From the NCBI GenBank assembly GCA_038868075.1, contig JAWBXB010000003.1:47156-111155 (forward strand): a stretch of DNA of 64,000 nucleotides, in the 5' to 3' direction. The stretch's first letter is position 1. Each line of letters begins with the position of its first letter. The DNA comes from Candidatus Bathyarchaeia archaeon (GTDB taxonomy: Archaea; Thermoproteota; Bathyarchaeia; Bathyarchaeales; DTEX01). Positions 8,343 to 18,269 of the stretch are shown here, piece by piece. Under the pieces are notes generated by a model. The model saw only the letters and a list, made by a program, of their open reading frames with translations. It had not been told where the DNA came from and searched no databases. Position numbers and translations under genes: made by a program.

Positions 8343-10697
8343 TTGTCCTTCAAAAAAGACATACATGTCAGGATTGGGGAAATAAAGAGTGATATAGGTT
8401 TTTTAAAGGATCTCGAGATTTCTATCGGCAAAATAATTGAGGAGGAATGGGCTGAGGAGGCCGGTCCAACACCCTTTCCCTCAATAGTCGACTTAAGGGA
8501 TTGGGATCTCAAGCTTCTACAACGTTATAAGCCCTTTTATATGCCCTTTTGCGATCTCTGCTGTCTCTGCACTTTTGGGAAATGTGACTTGACGGGTGAT
8601 AAGCGTGGTGCATGCGGGCTGAATATGGCTGGTCAGCAGTCACGCATAGTTCTTTTAGCATGTTGCATAGGTGCTGCGACGCATATATCTCATGCTAGAC
8701 ATTTAATTGATCATTTAATAAAAAAATTTGGACGTGACCATCCAATAGATGTTGGGGGCTTAAATGTTGAGGTTGAGGCTCCAGTAACCCGTCTAGTCTG
8801 CGGTATTAAGCCTAAAACCTTAGGCGACCTAGAGGATGTATTGGGCTATCTTGAGCGTGAATTAACTAGACTTCTTGCAGCTACACATACGGGTCAAGAA
8901 GAGAGCAACTTAGATTTTGAATCTAAGGTTTTTCATGCTGGCATGATAGACCATGTAGGCTTGGAGATAGCAGATATAGCGCAGATATCAGCCTTAGGAT
9001 TCCCGAGGGCTGAGCCGGAAGCCCCGCTTGCAGATATAGGTTTAGGCGTTGTGGATTACGCTAAGCCAGTTATATTGGTTATTGGGCATAATGTTCCCCC
9101 AGCCGCTGAGATAGTCGATTATCTCATGAAGAATGGGCTGTATGGCGGTGTTGAAGTTACTGGCTTATGCTGCACGGCACATGATGTTACACGATATAAT
9201 CCTAAAGCGAAGATTATTGGGCCGATATCATGGCAGCTCAGATTCATCAGAAGCGGTGTGGCCGATGTGGTAGTTGTGGATGAACAATGTATCAGAGCCG
9301 ACATGCTAATTGAGGCCCAAAAGATTAAGGCGCCGGTTATAGCGACAAGCGACGTAAACTGCATGGGTCTACCAAATAGAACAAGAGACGAAGCTGACAG
9401 AATAGTTGAGGACTTAGTCTCCGGTAGGCAGCAGGGTGCGTTAATCCTCAACCCAGCTAAGGCCGCTGAGGTTGCGGTTAAGACGGCTCTTCTCGTTGCG
9501 CCTAGGAGGATGAAGTTTAAAGCTCTACCGGATGTCAGCGATATAATTGAGGGCGCTAGAAACTGCCGCAAATGTGATGAGTGTAGAAGGGCTTGCCTAA
9601 ATGACCTACCGATAAGAGAGGCTTTGGCGAAAGCATTAGAGGGGAGCCTAGACGCCCTAGCCAGCCTATATGATGAGTGCGTTGGCTGCGCTAGGTGTGA
9701 GAGCGCATGCCCAATAAACCTGCCCCTCCATAGTTTTATAGTTAGGGCTGCCGAGAGGAGACTGAAGGAAGAGAAGTATAAGATTAGGGTTGGGAGGGGC
9801 GCCATACAGGACGTTGAGATTAGGAATGTTGGAAGCCCAATTGTTTTAGGCGAGATACCGGGCGTGGTCGCCTTCGTTGGATGCGCCAACTACCCGAGGG
9901 GCGGCGCCGAGGTTGCTGAGATGGCTGTTGAGTTCGCTAAAAGGCGCTATATTGTTGTAGCATCTGGATGTGCAGCCATGTCAATAGCCATGTATAAGGA
10001 TGAGGAGGGAAAAAGCCCCTATGAGATTTTTCCAGGCGTATTTGATGCAGGCGGCATAGTTAATGTGGGCTCATGCGTTGCGAACGCCCATATAGCTGGC
10101 GCAGCGATAAAGATAGCAAGCATATTTGCTAAGCGTAGGCTGCGTGGGAACTATGAGGAGATAGCTGACTACATACTTAATAGGGTCGGCGCCGTTGGGG
10201 TTGCCTGGGGAGCTATGTCGCAGAAAGCTGCTGCCATAGCCAGCGGATTCTGGAGGCTTGGTGTCCCAGTTATCGTTGGTCCTCATGGGTTGAAGTATAG
10301 GCGTATGCTGCTTGGCAGAAAGGATAAGCCCGAGGACTGGTATGTTTATGATGCCAGAACAGGCGAGAAAGTTTATATTGGACCAGCTCCTGAGCACCTA
10401 TTTTACGCCGCTGAAACGAAGGAGGAAGCCATGGTTATGATTGCGAAGCTTTGTATAAGACCAAACGACACAACTAAGGGCAGATCGATTAAGCTATCGC
10501 ATTACATAGATTTATATAAGCGCTTCTTTGGAAGCATGCCAGACGACATACACCTCTTTGTCCGAACATTAGCGGATATACCGATAACAATGCGCGATGA
10601 GGTGATAAAGGTGCTTGAGGAGAAAGGCTGGAAAGAAAATATTATACCAGACCCAACGCTTCTACCGAGACTTGTAAGGAGGAGGGCAGGTGAGTGA
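8343..10697 (+). CDS. cdhA: acetyl-CoA decarbonylase/synthase alpha subunit (CO dehydrogenase, C-cluster)
   Basis: 784 aa with N-terminal Cys clusters (CDLCCLCTFGKC..C), an internal 2x4Fe-4S insert (CRKCDECRRAC...CVGCARCESACP) and prismane-type motifs. First gene of the cdhABCDE order. Confidence 0.92.
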   Translation: MSFKKDIHVRIGEIKSDIGFLKDLEISIGKIIEEEWAEEAGPTPFPSIVDLRDWDLKLLQRYKPFYMPFCDLCCLCTFGKCDLTGDKRGACGLNMAGQQSRIVLLACCIGAATHISHARHLIDHLIKKFGRDHPIDVGGLNVEVEAPVTRLVCGIKPKTLGDLEDVLGYLERELTRLLAATHTGQEESNLDFESKVFHAGMIDHVGLEIADIAQISALGFPRAEPEAPLADIGLGVVDYAKPVILVIGHNVPPAAEIVDYLMKNGLYGGVEVTGLCCTAHDVTRYNPKAKIIGPISWQLRFIRSGVADVVVVDEQCIRADMLIEAQKIKAPVIATSDVNCMGLPNRTRDEADRIVEDLVSGRQQGALILNPAKAAEVAVKTALLVAPRRMKFKALPDVSDIIEGARNCRKCDECRRACLNDLPIREALAKALEGSLDALASLYDECVGCARCESACPINLPLHSFIVRAAERRLKEEKYKIRVGRGAIQDVEIRNVGSPIVLGEIPGVVAFVGCANYPRGGAEVAEMAVEFAKRRYIVVASGCAAMSIAMYKDEEGKSPYEIFPGVFDAGGIVNVGSCVANAHIAGAAIKIASIFAKRRLRGNYEEIADYILNRVGAVGVAWGAMSQKAAAIASGFWRLGVPVIVGPHGLKYRRMLLGRKDKPEDWYVYDARTGEKVYIGPAPEHLFYAAETKEEAMVMIAKLCIRPNDTTKGRSIKLSHYIDLYKRFFGSMPDDIHLFVRTLADIPITMRDEVIKVLEEKGWKENIIPDPTLLPRLVRRRAGE

Positions 10698-11229
10698 GAT
10701 GAGCGCGGCATGGCAGACAGCTGAGATACCTGGGCCGAAGAAGGCGCTTGCAATAACTAATCCACAGATCGTTTCAGCGTTGGTTAAGCGGTCAAAGAAT
10801 CCTATATTGATTGTTGGACATAGGGCGGCTGAGATAAAATTGGGTAACGGCACTCTTGTAGATTACGTTATACGCTTGGCTGAAGCCGCTGGGCTCCCAG
10901 TTGTTTCAGCGCCCAGTATAATGGGCGAATTTATTAAGAGAGGTTTCACGAGGGTTATTGGTATGCCATTAGTTGATATAGCGAATAGGCTTACTGACCC
11001 GGGCTGGATGGGTTTTGATGGTAAAGGAATATACGACCTAGCGTTATTTATTGGCTTTAAATATTACGTTGGCTGGCTCATTTTATCTGGCCTAAAACAT
11101 TTCTCACAGGATCTTAAGACAGTCTCGCTTGATATGTATTACCAGCCACATGCATCATGGTCATTTCCAAATATCTCCCAGGATGAATGGAAGAAGAATC
11201 TTGAGGCGATAATTGGTGGTTTAGGGTGA
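10690..11229 (+). CDS. cdhB: acetyl-CoA decarbonylase/synthase epsilon subunit
   Basis: 179-aa ORF overlapping the cdhA stop by 8 nt. Size, position and sequence are typical of CdhB. Confidence 0.85.
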   Translation: MSEMSAAWQTAEIPGPKKALAITNPQIVSALVKRSKNPILIVGHRAAEIKLGNGTLVDYVIRLAEAAGLPVVSAPSIMGEFIKRGFTRVIGMPLVDIANRLTDPGWMGFDGKGIYDLALFIGFKYYVGWLILSGLKHFSQDLKTVSLDMYYQPHASWSFPNISQDEWKKNLEAIIGGLG

Positions 11230-11237
11230 GGTAGAGT

Positions 11238-12623
11238 ATGTCAATGTTTGCGGATATACCGGTTGATGTGGGCGTAATATATGAGGGCGAGAGGATCAGA
11301 TGGCAGGATGCTCAGCTCGAATTCGGCGGACCTAGGGTTGAGCATAAGTTTGAGCTAGTTAGGGTTCGCAAGTTAGATGATGTTGAGGATGGGAAAATAG
11401 CGATAATTGGACCGGACATAAAGGACCTAGAGAAGAAGTCCTATCCACTCGGCATTTATATCGAGGTTGCTGGTAAGGAGCTCGATGAGGAGATTGAGGG
11501 CGTAATAGAGCGGCGAATACATGAGTATGTGAATTATATTGAGGGTGTAATGCACTTAAACCAGAGATATGATATCTGGATAAGGATTAGTAAGCGCTCA
11601 TTCGAGAAGGGCTTAAACTCACTGGTTTATATTGGAAAGGTTCTCCAGAGACTCTTTAAGAGTGAACTTCCAATAATCGAAAAGATACAGATAACATTCA
11701 TAACGGACCCGGATAAGGTTAAGGAGAAATTCAGGGAGGCTATGGAAACATATGAGAGGCGGGATGCTAGAGCCAGAGGACTAAAAGATGAAGAAGTTGA
11801 TGCATTTTACGGTTGCACATTATGCCAATCTTTTGCGCCAACACATGTATGCGTTATTACACCGCAAAGATACTCAAACTGTGGAGCAATAAGCTGGTTT
11901 GATGGCAGAGCTGCTGCCAGAGTAGACCCGAAGGGCCCGATATTCAGGATAGATAAGGGCGAGTGCATAGACCCATTAAGGGGCGAGTATGCTGGCGTCA
12001 ACCAGATTGTCAAGTTGAAGTCCGGCGGCGAGATACAGCGTGTCTGGTTATATTCAGCCTTCGGCTATCCACACACATCATGTGGATGCTTTGAGGCTGC
12101 AGCCTTCTATATACCGGAGGTTGATGGATTCGGCATAGTTCATAGGGGCTTCACTGAGAATACACCCATTGGACTATCATTCTCAACAATAGCAGACTCA
12201 ACAGCTGGTGGGAGACAGGTTGATGGATTCCACGGAATATCAATCGAGTATATGCGTTCTCCAAAGTTTCTGCAGGCTGAGGGAGGTTGGGAGAGGGTAG
12301 TGTGGGTTCCCTCAGCAATCTTGGAGAGGGTTAAGGACTTTATGCCAAAGGATTTGGTAGGTAAGGTTGCGACTGAGAAGGATGTTAAAACGGTTGAGGA
12401 ATTGAAGCGGTTTCTAATTGCCAGAGGGCATCCTGTAGTTAAGAGGTGGAAGGCTAAGGCTGCTGAGGAAGCTACCAAAGCAGCGATTGAGAAGGCTAAG
12501 CCTACACCAACAGCCGAACTGGCAGTTCCGGTCAGTGTTGGAGCTGGAGGTTTCAGGCTTGTTCTCAAGAATGTTAAGATTCATGCTAAAAAGGTTAAGA
12601 TAATTAGGGTTAAGGAGAAGTGA
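11238..12623 (+). CDS. cdhC: acetyl-CoA decarbonylase/synthase beta subunit (acetyl-CoA synthase, A-cluster)
   Basis: 461 aa carrying YGCTLCQSFAPTHVCVITP, CGAISW and HTSCGCFE, the A-cluster ligand region. An Ala/Lys-rich C-terminal tail is typical of archaeal CdhC. Confidence 0.92.
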   Translation: MSMFADIPVDVGVIYEGERIRWQDAQLEFGGPRVEHKFELVRVRKLDDVEDGKIAIIGPDIKDLEKKSYPLGIYIEVAGKELDEEIEGVIERRIHEYVNYIEGVMHLNQRYDIWIRISKRSFEKGLNSLVYIGKVLQRLFKSELPIIEKIQITFITDPDKVKEKFREAMETYERRDARARGLKDEEVDAFYGCTLCQSFAPTHVCVITPQRYSNCGAISWFDGRAAARVDPKGPIFRIDKGECIDPLRGEYAGVNQIVKLKSGGEIQRVWLYSAFGYPHTSCGCFEAAAFYIPEVDGFGIVHRGFTENTPIGLSFSTIADSTAGGRQVDGFHGISIEYMRSPKFLQAEGGWERVVWVPSAILERVKDFMPKDLVGKVATEKDVKTVEELKRFLIARGHPVVKRWKAKAAEEATKAAIEKAKPTPTAELAVPVSVGAGGFRLVLKNVKIHAKKVKIIRVKEK

Positions 12624-12627
12624 AATT

Positions 12628-13884
12628 ATGGGGGCTGAAGAAGGGAGAAAGCGGGATGAGAATGCTGGCGCAATAATTAGGCTCGGCCCAAAACTCCTCG
12701 AATTGCTGAGCAAGCTCGGCGAAATAGAGCTCGAAGATGTTGAAATAAACGCTGAGGAGCTTGAAATATGGATTCCAACAGTTATCCCGCAGGTTATACC
12801 GGCACAGCCAGCTGTCACGGTTCCACCAACACCAAAAGTGCTGCCCAAGAAGCCCACAGAGATATTGGCTGCTGAGTTTAAGCCACTAACCCAAACATAT
12901 CCGGGAAGAATAGTTGAGGTTAAGCTTGGTGCAACTAAGGCTGAGGGTGGCTCAAGGGGCAGGGTTGTAAGGATTGGTGGCGAGGCTGCACCATCATTCT
13001 ATTTGTGGGAGGAGTTTCCACCTAATCCACCAGCCATATCGGCCGACGTATTTGATATGGAGATTAGTCTACCAAGAGCCTTAAGGATGCACGTTCAGGA
13101 TGTTATAGGTGACCCGGCTGCATGGGCTAAGCTTGCTGTTGACAAGTTCGAAGCCGACATGATTACGGTTCACTTGGTTAGTACAGACCCGCTAATCAAG
13201 AATACTCCGCCGAATGAGGCTGCAAAAACGATTGAGGAGGTTCTCCAGGCCGTTGATGTTCCAGTTATTATTGGTGGATGCGGAGACCCGAGGAAGGATG
13301 CCGAAGTCTTCAAGAGGGTTGCTGAGGTTGCACATGGAGAGAGGGTTATGCTGAGCTCACTAACGCTTGATATGGCTGAAGCTGGCATTTTAGGTGATGT
13401 TGCAAGGGTTGCCAGGGAGCATGGGCATGTTGTTCTAGCTTTTACGGCTATGGAGTTGAATAGGGCTAAGGAACTGAATAGGAGGCTCTACGAGTATCTG
13501 CCAAGAGACAGCATAGTAATGGACTTGACGACGGCGGCGTTAGGCTACGGCCTAGAATACTCCTTCACAATACATGAGAGGGCTAGGCTTGCAGCGCTCG
13601 GAGGAGACGTGGAATTACAGCACCCAACATCATCCGGGTCAACGAATGCCTGGGCTGCTAGGGAGGCTTGGATGAAACTTGGACCGGAGTGGGAGCCTAG
13701 GGAGCTTAGGGGCCCATTATGGGAGACGATTACCGCGTTAACGCTGCTATTGGCTGGAGTAGATATGTTCATGATGATGCATCCGGCTGCAATACGCACC
13801 GTTAAAGAGGTTATTAAAAGCCTGCTCAACTGGGGGAAATCTAGGCCGGAGGATATAGCTGACTGGATAACTCTGAAGATTTAA
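12628..13884 (+). CDS. cdhD: acetyl-CoA decarbonylase/synthase delta subunit (corrinoid Fe-S protein small subunit)
   Basis: 418 aa in fourth position. A TIM-barrel CdhD-like core follows a Pro-rich linker. Confidence 0.88.
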   Translation: MGAEEGRKRDENAGAIIRLGPKLLELLSKLGEIELEDVEINAEELEIWIPTVIPQVIPAQPAVTVPPTPKVLPKKPTEILAAEFKPLTQTYPGRIVEVKLGATKAEGGSRGRVVRIGGEAAPSFYLWEEFPPNPPAISADVFDMEISLPRALRMHVQDVIGDPAAWAKLAVDKFEADMITVHLVSTDPLIKNTPPNEAAKTIEEVLQAVDVPVIIGGCGDPRKDAEVFKRVAEVAHGERVMLSSLTLDMAEAGILGDVARVAREHGHVVLAFTAMELNRAKELNRRLYEYLPRDSIVMDLTTAALGYGLEYSFTIHERARLAALGGDVELQHPTSSGSTNAWAAREAWMKLGPEWEPRELRGPLWETITALTLLLAGVDMFMMMHPAAIRTVKEVIKSLLNWGKSRPEDIADWITLKI

Positions 13885-13898
13885 GGGGGTGGGGGATT

Positions 13899-15332
13899 AT
13901 GGGGGAGGCAGTTAAGAAGGGGGTTAGGGAGCTTAGTCCACTAGACATATACATGCTTCTCCCAAGGACAAACTGCGGTAAATGTGGTGAGAAGAACTGT
14001 ATGGCATTCGCGACGAAGGTTGTTAATAGAGAGGTTCCAGTAGAACTCTGCACACCACTTAGTGAGGAGGAGAAGTATAGGGATGCATATGCTAGGCTTA
14101 GGGAGATTTTAGCCCCAGCCGTTAAGGAAATCGTTATCGGCGTTGGGGAGAAAGCCGTTAAGGTCGGCGGCAAGCTCATAATGTATAGGCATGAGTTCAC
14201 ATACTACAATCCTACACCAATAGCCATTGACGTAACGGATGAGATGTCGGAAAACGAACTAATAGAGCGTGTGAAGAGGATTGAGGGCTTCACATACAAT
14301 TATATCGGTAGGACATTAAGGCTGGATATGGTGGCGGTTAGGTCAACATCCAACGACCCACTAAAGTTTAGGTCTGCGATTGAGAAGGTTGCTAAGATAA
14401 CTAATCTGCCGCTGATATTATGCACCTTTAATCCAGATGTCATGAAATCGGCTCTGGAAGCCGTATATGAGCGGAGGCCACTGATATATGCTGCAAACAA
14501 GGATAATTGGAGGCAGATGGCTGATTTAGCGCTAATGTATAACTGTCCATTGGCAGTATTCAGCCAAGGAGACCTAAACCTTCTGAGCTCGCTTGTCAAA
14601 ACGCTCCTAGAATATGGTGTTGAAGACCTGCTCTTAGATCCAGGAACATTCCCTGAGGAGGGATTATCGGAAACTCTCATTAACTTCACGATGATTAGGA
14701 GAAATGCTTGTAAGGGCAATGATAGGCTTATGGGATTCCCATTAATCGGTGTGCCAATGACAGTCTGGCTCAGAGAGGATGCACCTAAAGAGGTTCTACA
14801 GTGGAGGGAAGCTTACTTAGCGGCTATGCTCATAGCCAGATATGCGGATCTGCTTATAATGCATAGTTTAGACGGCTGGGTTCTCCTACCAAACGTAATC
14901 TTAAGATTCAATATTTACACAGACCCTAGAAAGCCAGTTTCGGTGGAGCCAGGACTAAGAATATTCGGTAATCCAGATGAGAATTCCCCGGTAATGTTCA
15001 CAACCAATTATGCGCTAACATACTTCACTGTTGAATCAGATATTAAGTCCGCCAACATAGACTGCTACCTAATAGTTGTTGATACTGGTGGCTTAAGCGT
15101 TGAAAGCTCCGTTGCCGGAAGAATATTGACGGCGCAGACGGTTGCAGATGCCATAAAGAAATCTGGCATAGAAGAGAAGGTTAAGCATAGATACTTGATC
15201 ATTCCAGGCTTAGCCGCGAGATTAAGCGGTGAAATAGAGGAGCTAACTGGCTGGCGCGTTTTAGTTGGCCCAAGAGACTCCTCCGGAATACCAGCATTCT
15301 TAAAGGAGAAATGGCCGCCTAGGGGCGCATAA
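13899..15332 (+). CDS. cdhE: acetyl-CoA decarbonylase/synthase gamma subunit (corrinoid Fe-S protein large subunit)
   Basis: 477 aa with the N-terminal 4Fe-4S motif TNCGKCGEKNCMAFA. Fifth gene of the operon. Confidence 0.9.
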   Translation: MGEAVKKGVRELSPLDIYMLLPRTNCGKCGEKNCMAFATKVVNREVPVELCTPLSEEEKYRDAYARLREILAPAVKEIVIGVGEKAVKVGGKLIMYRHEFTYYNPTPIAIDVTDEMSENELIERVKRIEGFTYNYIGRTLRLDMVAVRSTSNDPLKFRSAIEKVAKITNLPLILCTFNPDVMKSALEAVYERRPLIYAANKDNWRQMADLALMYNCPLAVFSQGDLNLLSSLVKTLLEYGVEDLLLDPGTFPEEGLSETLINFTMIRRNACKGNDRLMGFPLIGVPMTVWLREDAPKEVLQWREAYLAAMLIARYADLLIMHSLDGWVLLPNVILRFNIYTDPRKPVSVEPGLRIFGNPDENSPVMFTTNYALTYFTVESDIKSANIDCYLIVVDTGGLSVESSVAGRILTAQTVADAIKKSGIEEKVKHRYLIIPGLAARLSGEIEELTGWRVLVGPRDSSGIPAFLKEKWPPRGA

Positions 15333-15338
15333 GGGGGA

Positions 15339-15854
15339 GTGATAATGAGCATAATAGAGAACCTTGATAAATATATGCCTGCAACTTACGCGGCTATGAG
15401 AGATAACGGTTTACTTTTAGGCTCAGTTGGCTCTGATGGAAGACCGAACCTCATGACGATAGGATGGGGCCTAATGGGGATAATCTGGAATAAACTAATC
15501 TTCCTAGTGGCCGTTAGAACAAGTAGATATACGCATAAGCTCCTAGAGGAGACGAGCGAGTTCACAGTTAATGTTCCCGCCGAGAATATGAATGATGCAT
15601 GTAGAATCTGTGGAACAATCTCCGGGAGGGATACTGATAAGTTTGAGAGGACTGGTCTAAGATGGAGGCGCGGCGAGTTCGTTAGGGCACCAGTTGTGGA
15701 GGGGTGCCCAATCGTCTACGAATGTAGAGTTTTATATAAGGATTCAGTTAGTCTTCAAGCGCTACAAGGAGATTTGGTCGAGATTATATATCCTAGAAGA
15801 GACTGGCACACCCTATACTATGGGGAAATCCTCAAGATACATGGAAAAATTTAA
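15339..15854 (+). CDS. flavin reductase-like FMN-binding split-barrel protein
   Basis: 171 aa with GSVGSDGRPNLMTIGWG...FTVNVP, characteristic of the flavin reductase-like domain. It starts 6 nt after cdhE behind the SD GGGGGAGTGAT. Confidence 0.7.
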   Translation: MIMSIIENLDKYMPATYAAMRDNGLLLGSVGSDGRPNLMTIGWGLMGIIWNKLIFLVAVRTSRYTHKLLEETSEFTVNVPAENMNDACRICGTISGRDTDKFERTGLRWRRGEFVRAPVVEGCPIVYECRVLYKDSVSLQALQGDLVEIIYPRRDWHTLYYGEILKIHGKI

Positions 15855-15896
15855 TTTAAGAATCATATTTTTTCCCTCTTTAGGAAGAGACCCGGC

Positions 15897-16658
15897 TTGA
15901 AGATTATAGTCTCAATGGGTAGGGGTGGAACGGGAAAGACAAGTTTTGTTGCGTTAATAACAAAGTATTTTATTGAGACTGGAAGAACACCAATCCTCCT
16001 AATTGACGCTGACCCAGACCAGAGCCTAGCCGATGTTTTAGGCGTAGATTTTGAGAGCAAGGGAAGAAAGACTATCTCAGAGCTTATTGTTGAGACTTTT
16101 CTTAAGGGTGGTGGAACGACTGTTGGCATACCACCCTCGGAGAGGATAGAGAGTAAGATTTGGGAGAGAGGACTATATGAGGGTGAGGGCTTCGATCTGA
16201 TATCTATAGGGCCGAAGTGGGTTGAGGGATGCTACTGCCTGCCGAACGAGGCATTGAAAGGAGCTCTGGGCAAAATCACAAAGAACTATAGGTATGTTGT
16301 TATTGATACGCCAGCTGGACTTGAGCATTTGAATAGGCGTATAACATCGATTGTGAATGACATATTTGACCTAATAGATCCATCAAAGAAGTCCTTTGAG
16401 CATGTTGCCAGAGCATATAGGATAGCAAGGGAGGTTAATATAAAATTTGATAATTTCTATGTTGTCGGCGGATATAGGTTTCCGGAAAAACTTTGTGGTG
16501 AGGTTGAAGGGAGACTTGGTCTTAAGTTTCTCGGCAAAATACAATTCGACGAAAATATTGAACACTTCATTTTATCTGGAAAATCCCTCCTAGAGATTCC
16601 AGACAACTCGCCAGCGTATCGCTCGGTTAAGGAGATAATGGCTAAGTCTGGATATTAG
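15897..16658 (+). CDS. cooC: CooC/AcsF-family Ni-insertion ATPase (paralog 1)
   Basis: MinD/ParA-type P-loop GRGGTGKT, CxC metal motif (VEGCYCLPN) and switch DTPAGLEH. TTG start. Confidence 0.85.
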   Translation: MKIIVSMGRGGTGKTSFVALITKYFIETGRTPILLIDADPDQSLADVLGVDFESKGRKTISELIVETFLKGGGTTVGIPPSERIESKIWERGLYEGEGFDLISIGPKWVEGCYCLPNEALKGALGKITKNYRYVVIDTPAGLEHLNRRITSIVNDIFDLIDPSKKSFEHVARAYRIAREVNIKFDNFYVVGGYRFPEKLCGEVEGRLGLKFLGKIQFDENIEHFILSGKSLLEIPDNSPAYRSVKEIMAKSGY

Positions 16659-16695
16659 TGGCGAATTTAAGCCTTAGAGGGGACAGTGTCCAGCG

Positions 16696-17100
16696 ATGGG
16701 CGTGGATATATTTCAAATGCTCTCTGAGGATGCCAAGAGAAGGAGAAGGCGGAGAGCGGAGCTTTTAAAGGCTCTTGGCGTGAAAGAGTATTTTAGTGAT
16801 GGAAGCATAAGAATCAATAATAAGATATGCCAAGGGATAGAGTGTAAGCTCTGCATTAAAGCTTGCCCAACAAACGCCCTTTACTGGAGTTATGGGCGAG
16901 TAAATATTGTTGAGGACATATGTATATATTGTGCAGCCTGCGTTCTAAGCTGCATTGTTGATGATTGTATTAAAATAACTAGGAGGAGACCGGATGGGAG
17001 AGTTGAAACCTTCAGTAAGCCGTCTGAAGTAGTTAAGCTCCTAAATTTAATAAGCTCTAGAAGGAGAATAGAGCTTATTGGACGCGTCTTCCAGCGCTAA
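16696..17100 (+). CDS. 2x[4Fe-4S] ferredoxin-domain protein
   Basis: CQGIECKLCIKACP and CIYCAACVLSC motifs, with an Arg-rich N-terminus. Confidence 0.7.
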   Translation: MGVDIFQMLSEDAKRRRRRRAELLKALGVKEYFSDGSIRINNKICQGIECKLCIKACPTNALYWSYGRVNIVEDICIYCAACVLSCIVDDCIKITRRRPDGRVETFSKPSEVVKLLNLISSRRRIELIGRVFQR

Positions 17101-17135
17101 TATCCAACATGAATGCGTTGGAATGGTGATGTAGC

Positions 17136-17945
17136 CTGAAGATCGCCGTTGCTGGAAAGGGTGGCGTCGGGAAAACATTAATCGCTGGGACGCTGGCTCG
17201 AATCTACGCCCGAAGGGGTTATCGAGTGTTAGCTGTTGATGCGGATCCGGCGATGAACCTGTCTTATGCTTTAGGGATTCCGCCTGAGGTCTCCTCAAAA
17301 GTCATCCCAATATCGGAGAACTCCTCCCTAATAGAGGAGAGAACGGGGGCTAAGCCTGGTTCAGCATTTGGAATATTCTTCAGTCTAACGCCAACGGTAG
17401 ATGATATCGCCGAAAAGTATGGCGTTATAGGTCCAGATGGTGTTAGGCTTCTAGTTATGGGGACTGTTAGGTCAGGCGGCTCCGGATGCACTTGCCCAGC
17501 TAACTCACTATTGAGCGCCTTAATCAGGCATTTAACACTTAGGAGGGGCGATATTGTAATTATGGATATGGAGGCGGGGTTAGAGCATTTAGGCAGAGCA
17601 ACAGCCAGGGGCTTTAATGCTCTACTCTGCGTCGTCGAGCCCAATGCGCCTTCAATAGAGACTGCCCTAAGAATAAGGCACTTGGCTAGTGAGATAGAGA
17701 TAAAAGATGTAATCTTCGTTGGGAATAAAATCTCCGCCAGCGATGAAGAAGACTATATTAGGAGGATGCTGGATGAGACTGGGCTAGCACTATTTCACGC
17801 CATACCATTCGACCAGAATATTATTAGGGCCGGCATAATGCGCATAGCGCCAATAGATTATTCACCATTATCACCAGCAATATTATCAATAGAAAAATTG
17901 GGAGAAAATCTTCTGGAAATGTTGATACCCAAATCTAACTCTTAA
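17136..17945 (+). CDS. cooC: CooC/AcsF-family Ni-insertion ATPase (paralog 2), non-canonical start or +1 frameshift
   Basis: The track ORF begins at GTG 17226, but the P-loop KIAVAGKGGVGKT is encoded in the same frame at 17139-17177, after the stop TGA 17127-17129. CTG 17136 lies 5 nt after GGTGAT. CxC motif GSGCTCPAN and switch DMEAGLEH are present. Confidence 0.75.
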   Translation: MKIAVAGKGGVGKTLIAGTLARIYARRGYRVLAVDADPAMNLSYALGIPPEVSSKVIPISENSSLIEERTGAKPGSAFGIFFSLTPTVDDIAEKYGVIGPDGVRLLVMGTVRSGGSGCTCPANSLLSALIRHLTLRRGDIVIMDMEAGLEHLGRATARGFNALLCVVEPNAPSIETALRIRHLASEIEIKDVIFVGNKISASDEEDYIRRMLDETGLALFHAIPFDQNIIRAGIMRIAPIDYSPLSPAILSIEKLGENLLEMLIPKSNS

Positions 17946-17998
17946 TACCTGTAAGCCTAAGTGATTTTTCCCCGCTCTCATGTGAAGACTAGGTGGAT

Positions 17999-18200
17999 TT
18001 AAGGTGGCTGCACATCCCTAAGTTTCTCACTGGCTAATTCTCCGCCTACTCCCCAACTATTTTTCGGGATCTCGTGAATTATTACCTCAACAGTCTCTGC
18101 TGGCACACCTAATTCTACGAAAACTTTCGTTGTGCCAGTATAACTTTCCTCCTCGTTTCGGTGAAAACCACTTCCAAACATATACATGGACAACTGGCAT
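17999..18200 (-). CDS. 4-oxalocrotonate tautomerase-family protein, frame-disrupted near the N-terminus
   Basis: ATG 18200 gives MPVVHVYVWKWF (the family's Met-Pro N-terminus). The body TKVFVELGVPAETVEVIIHEIPKNSWGVGGELAS is in the +1 frame. Removing one T from the T4 run (plus-strand A-run 18164-18167) joins them. Confidence 0.55.
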
Positions 18201-18269
18201 GATTAGAGCTTTTTCTAAGCGCGCTTAAAATACTTTCCGAGGAGATCCAGCAGATAATCAGAAGGCACT

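Noticed and set aside
9119-9889. 256-aa antisense ORF inside cdhA, and similar shadows at 12140..12857, 13841..14200 and 14300..14719
   Set aside because: These are Ser/Leu/Ala/Pro-rich shadow ORFs opposite strongly conserved cdh genes, typical antisense artefacts of the more GC-rich coding regions.
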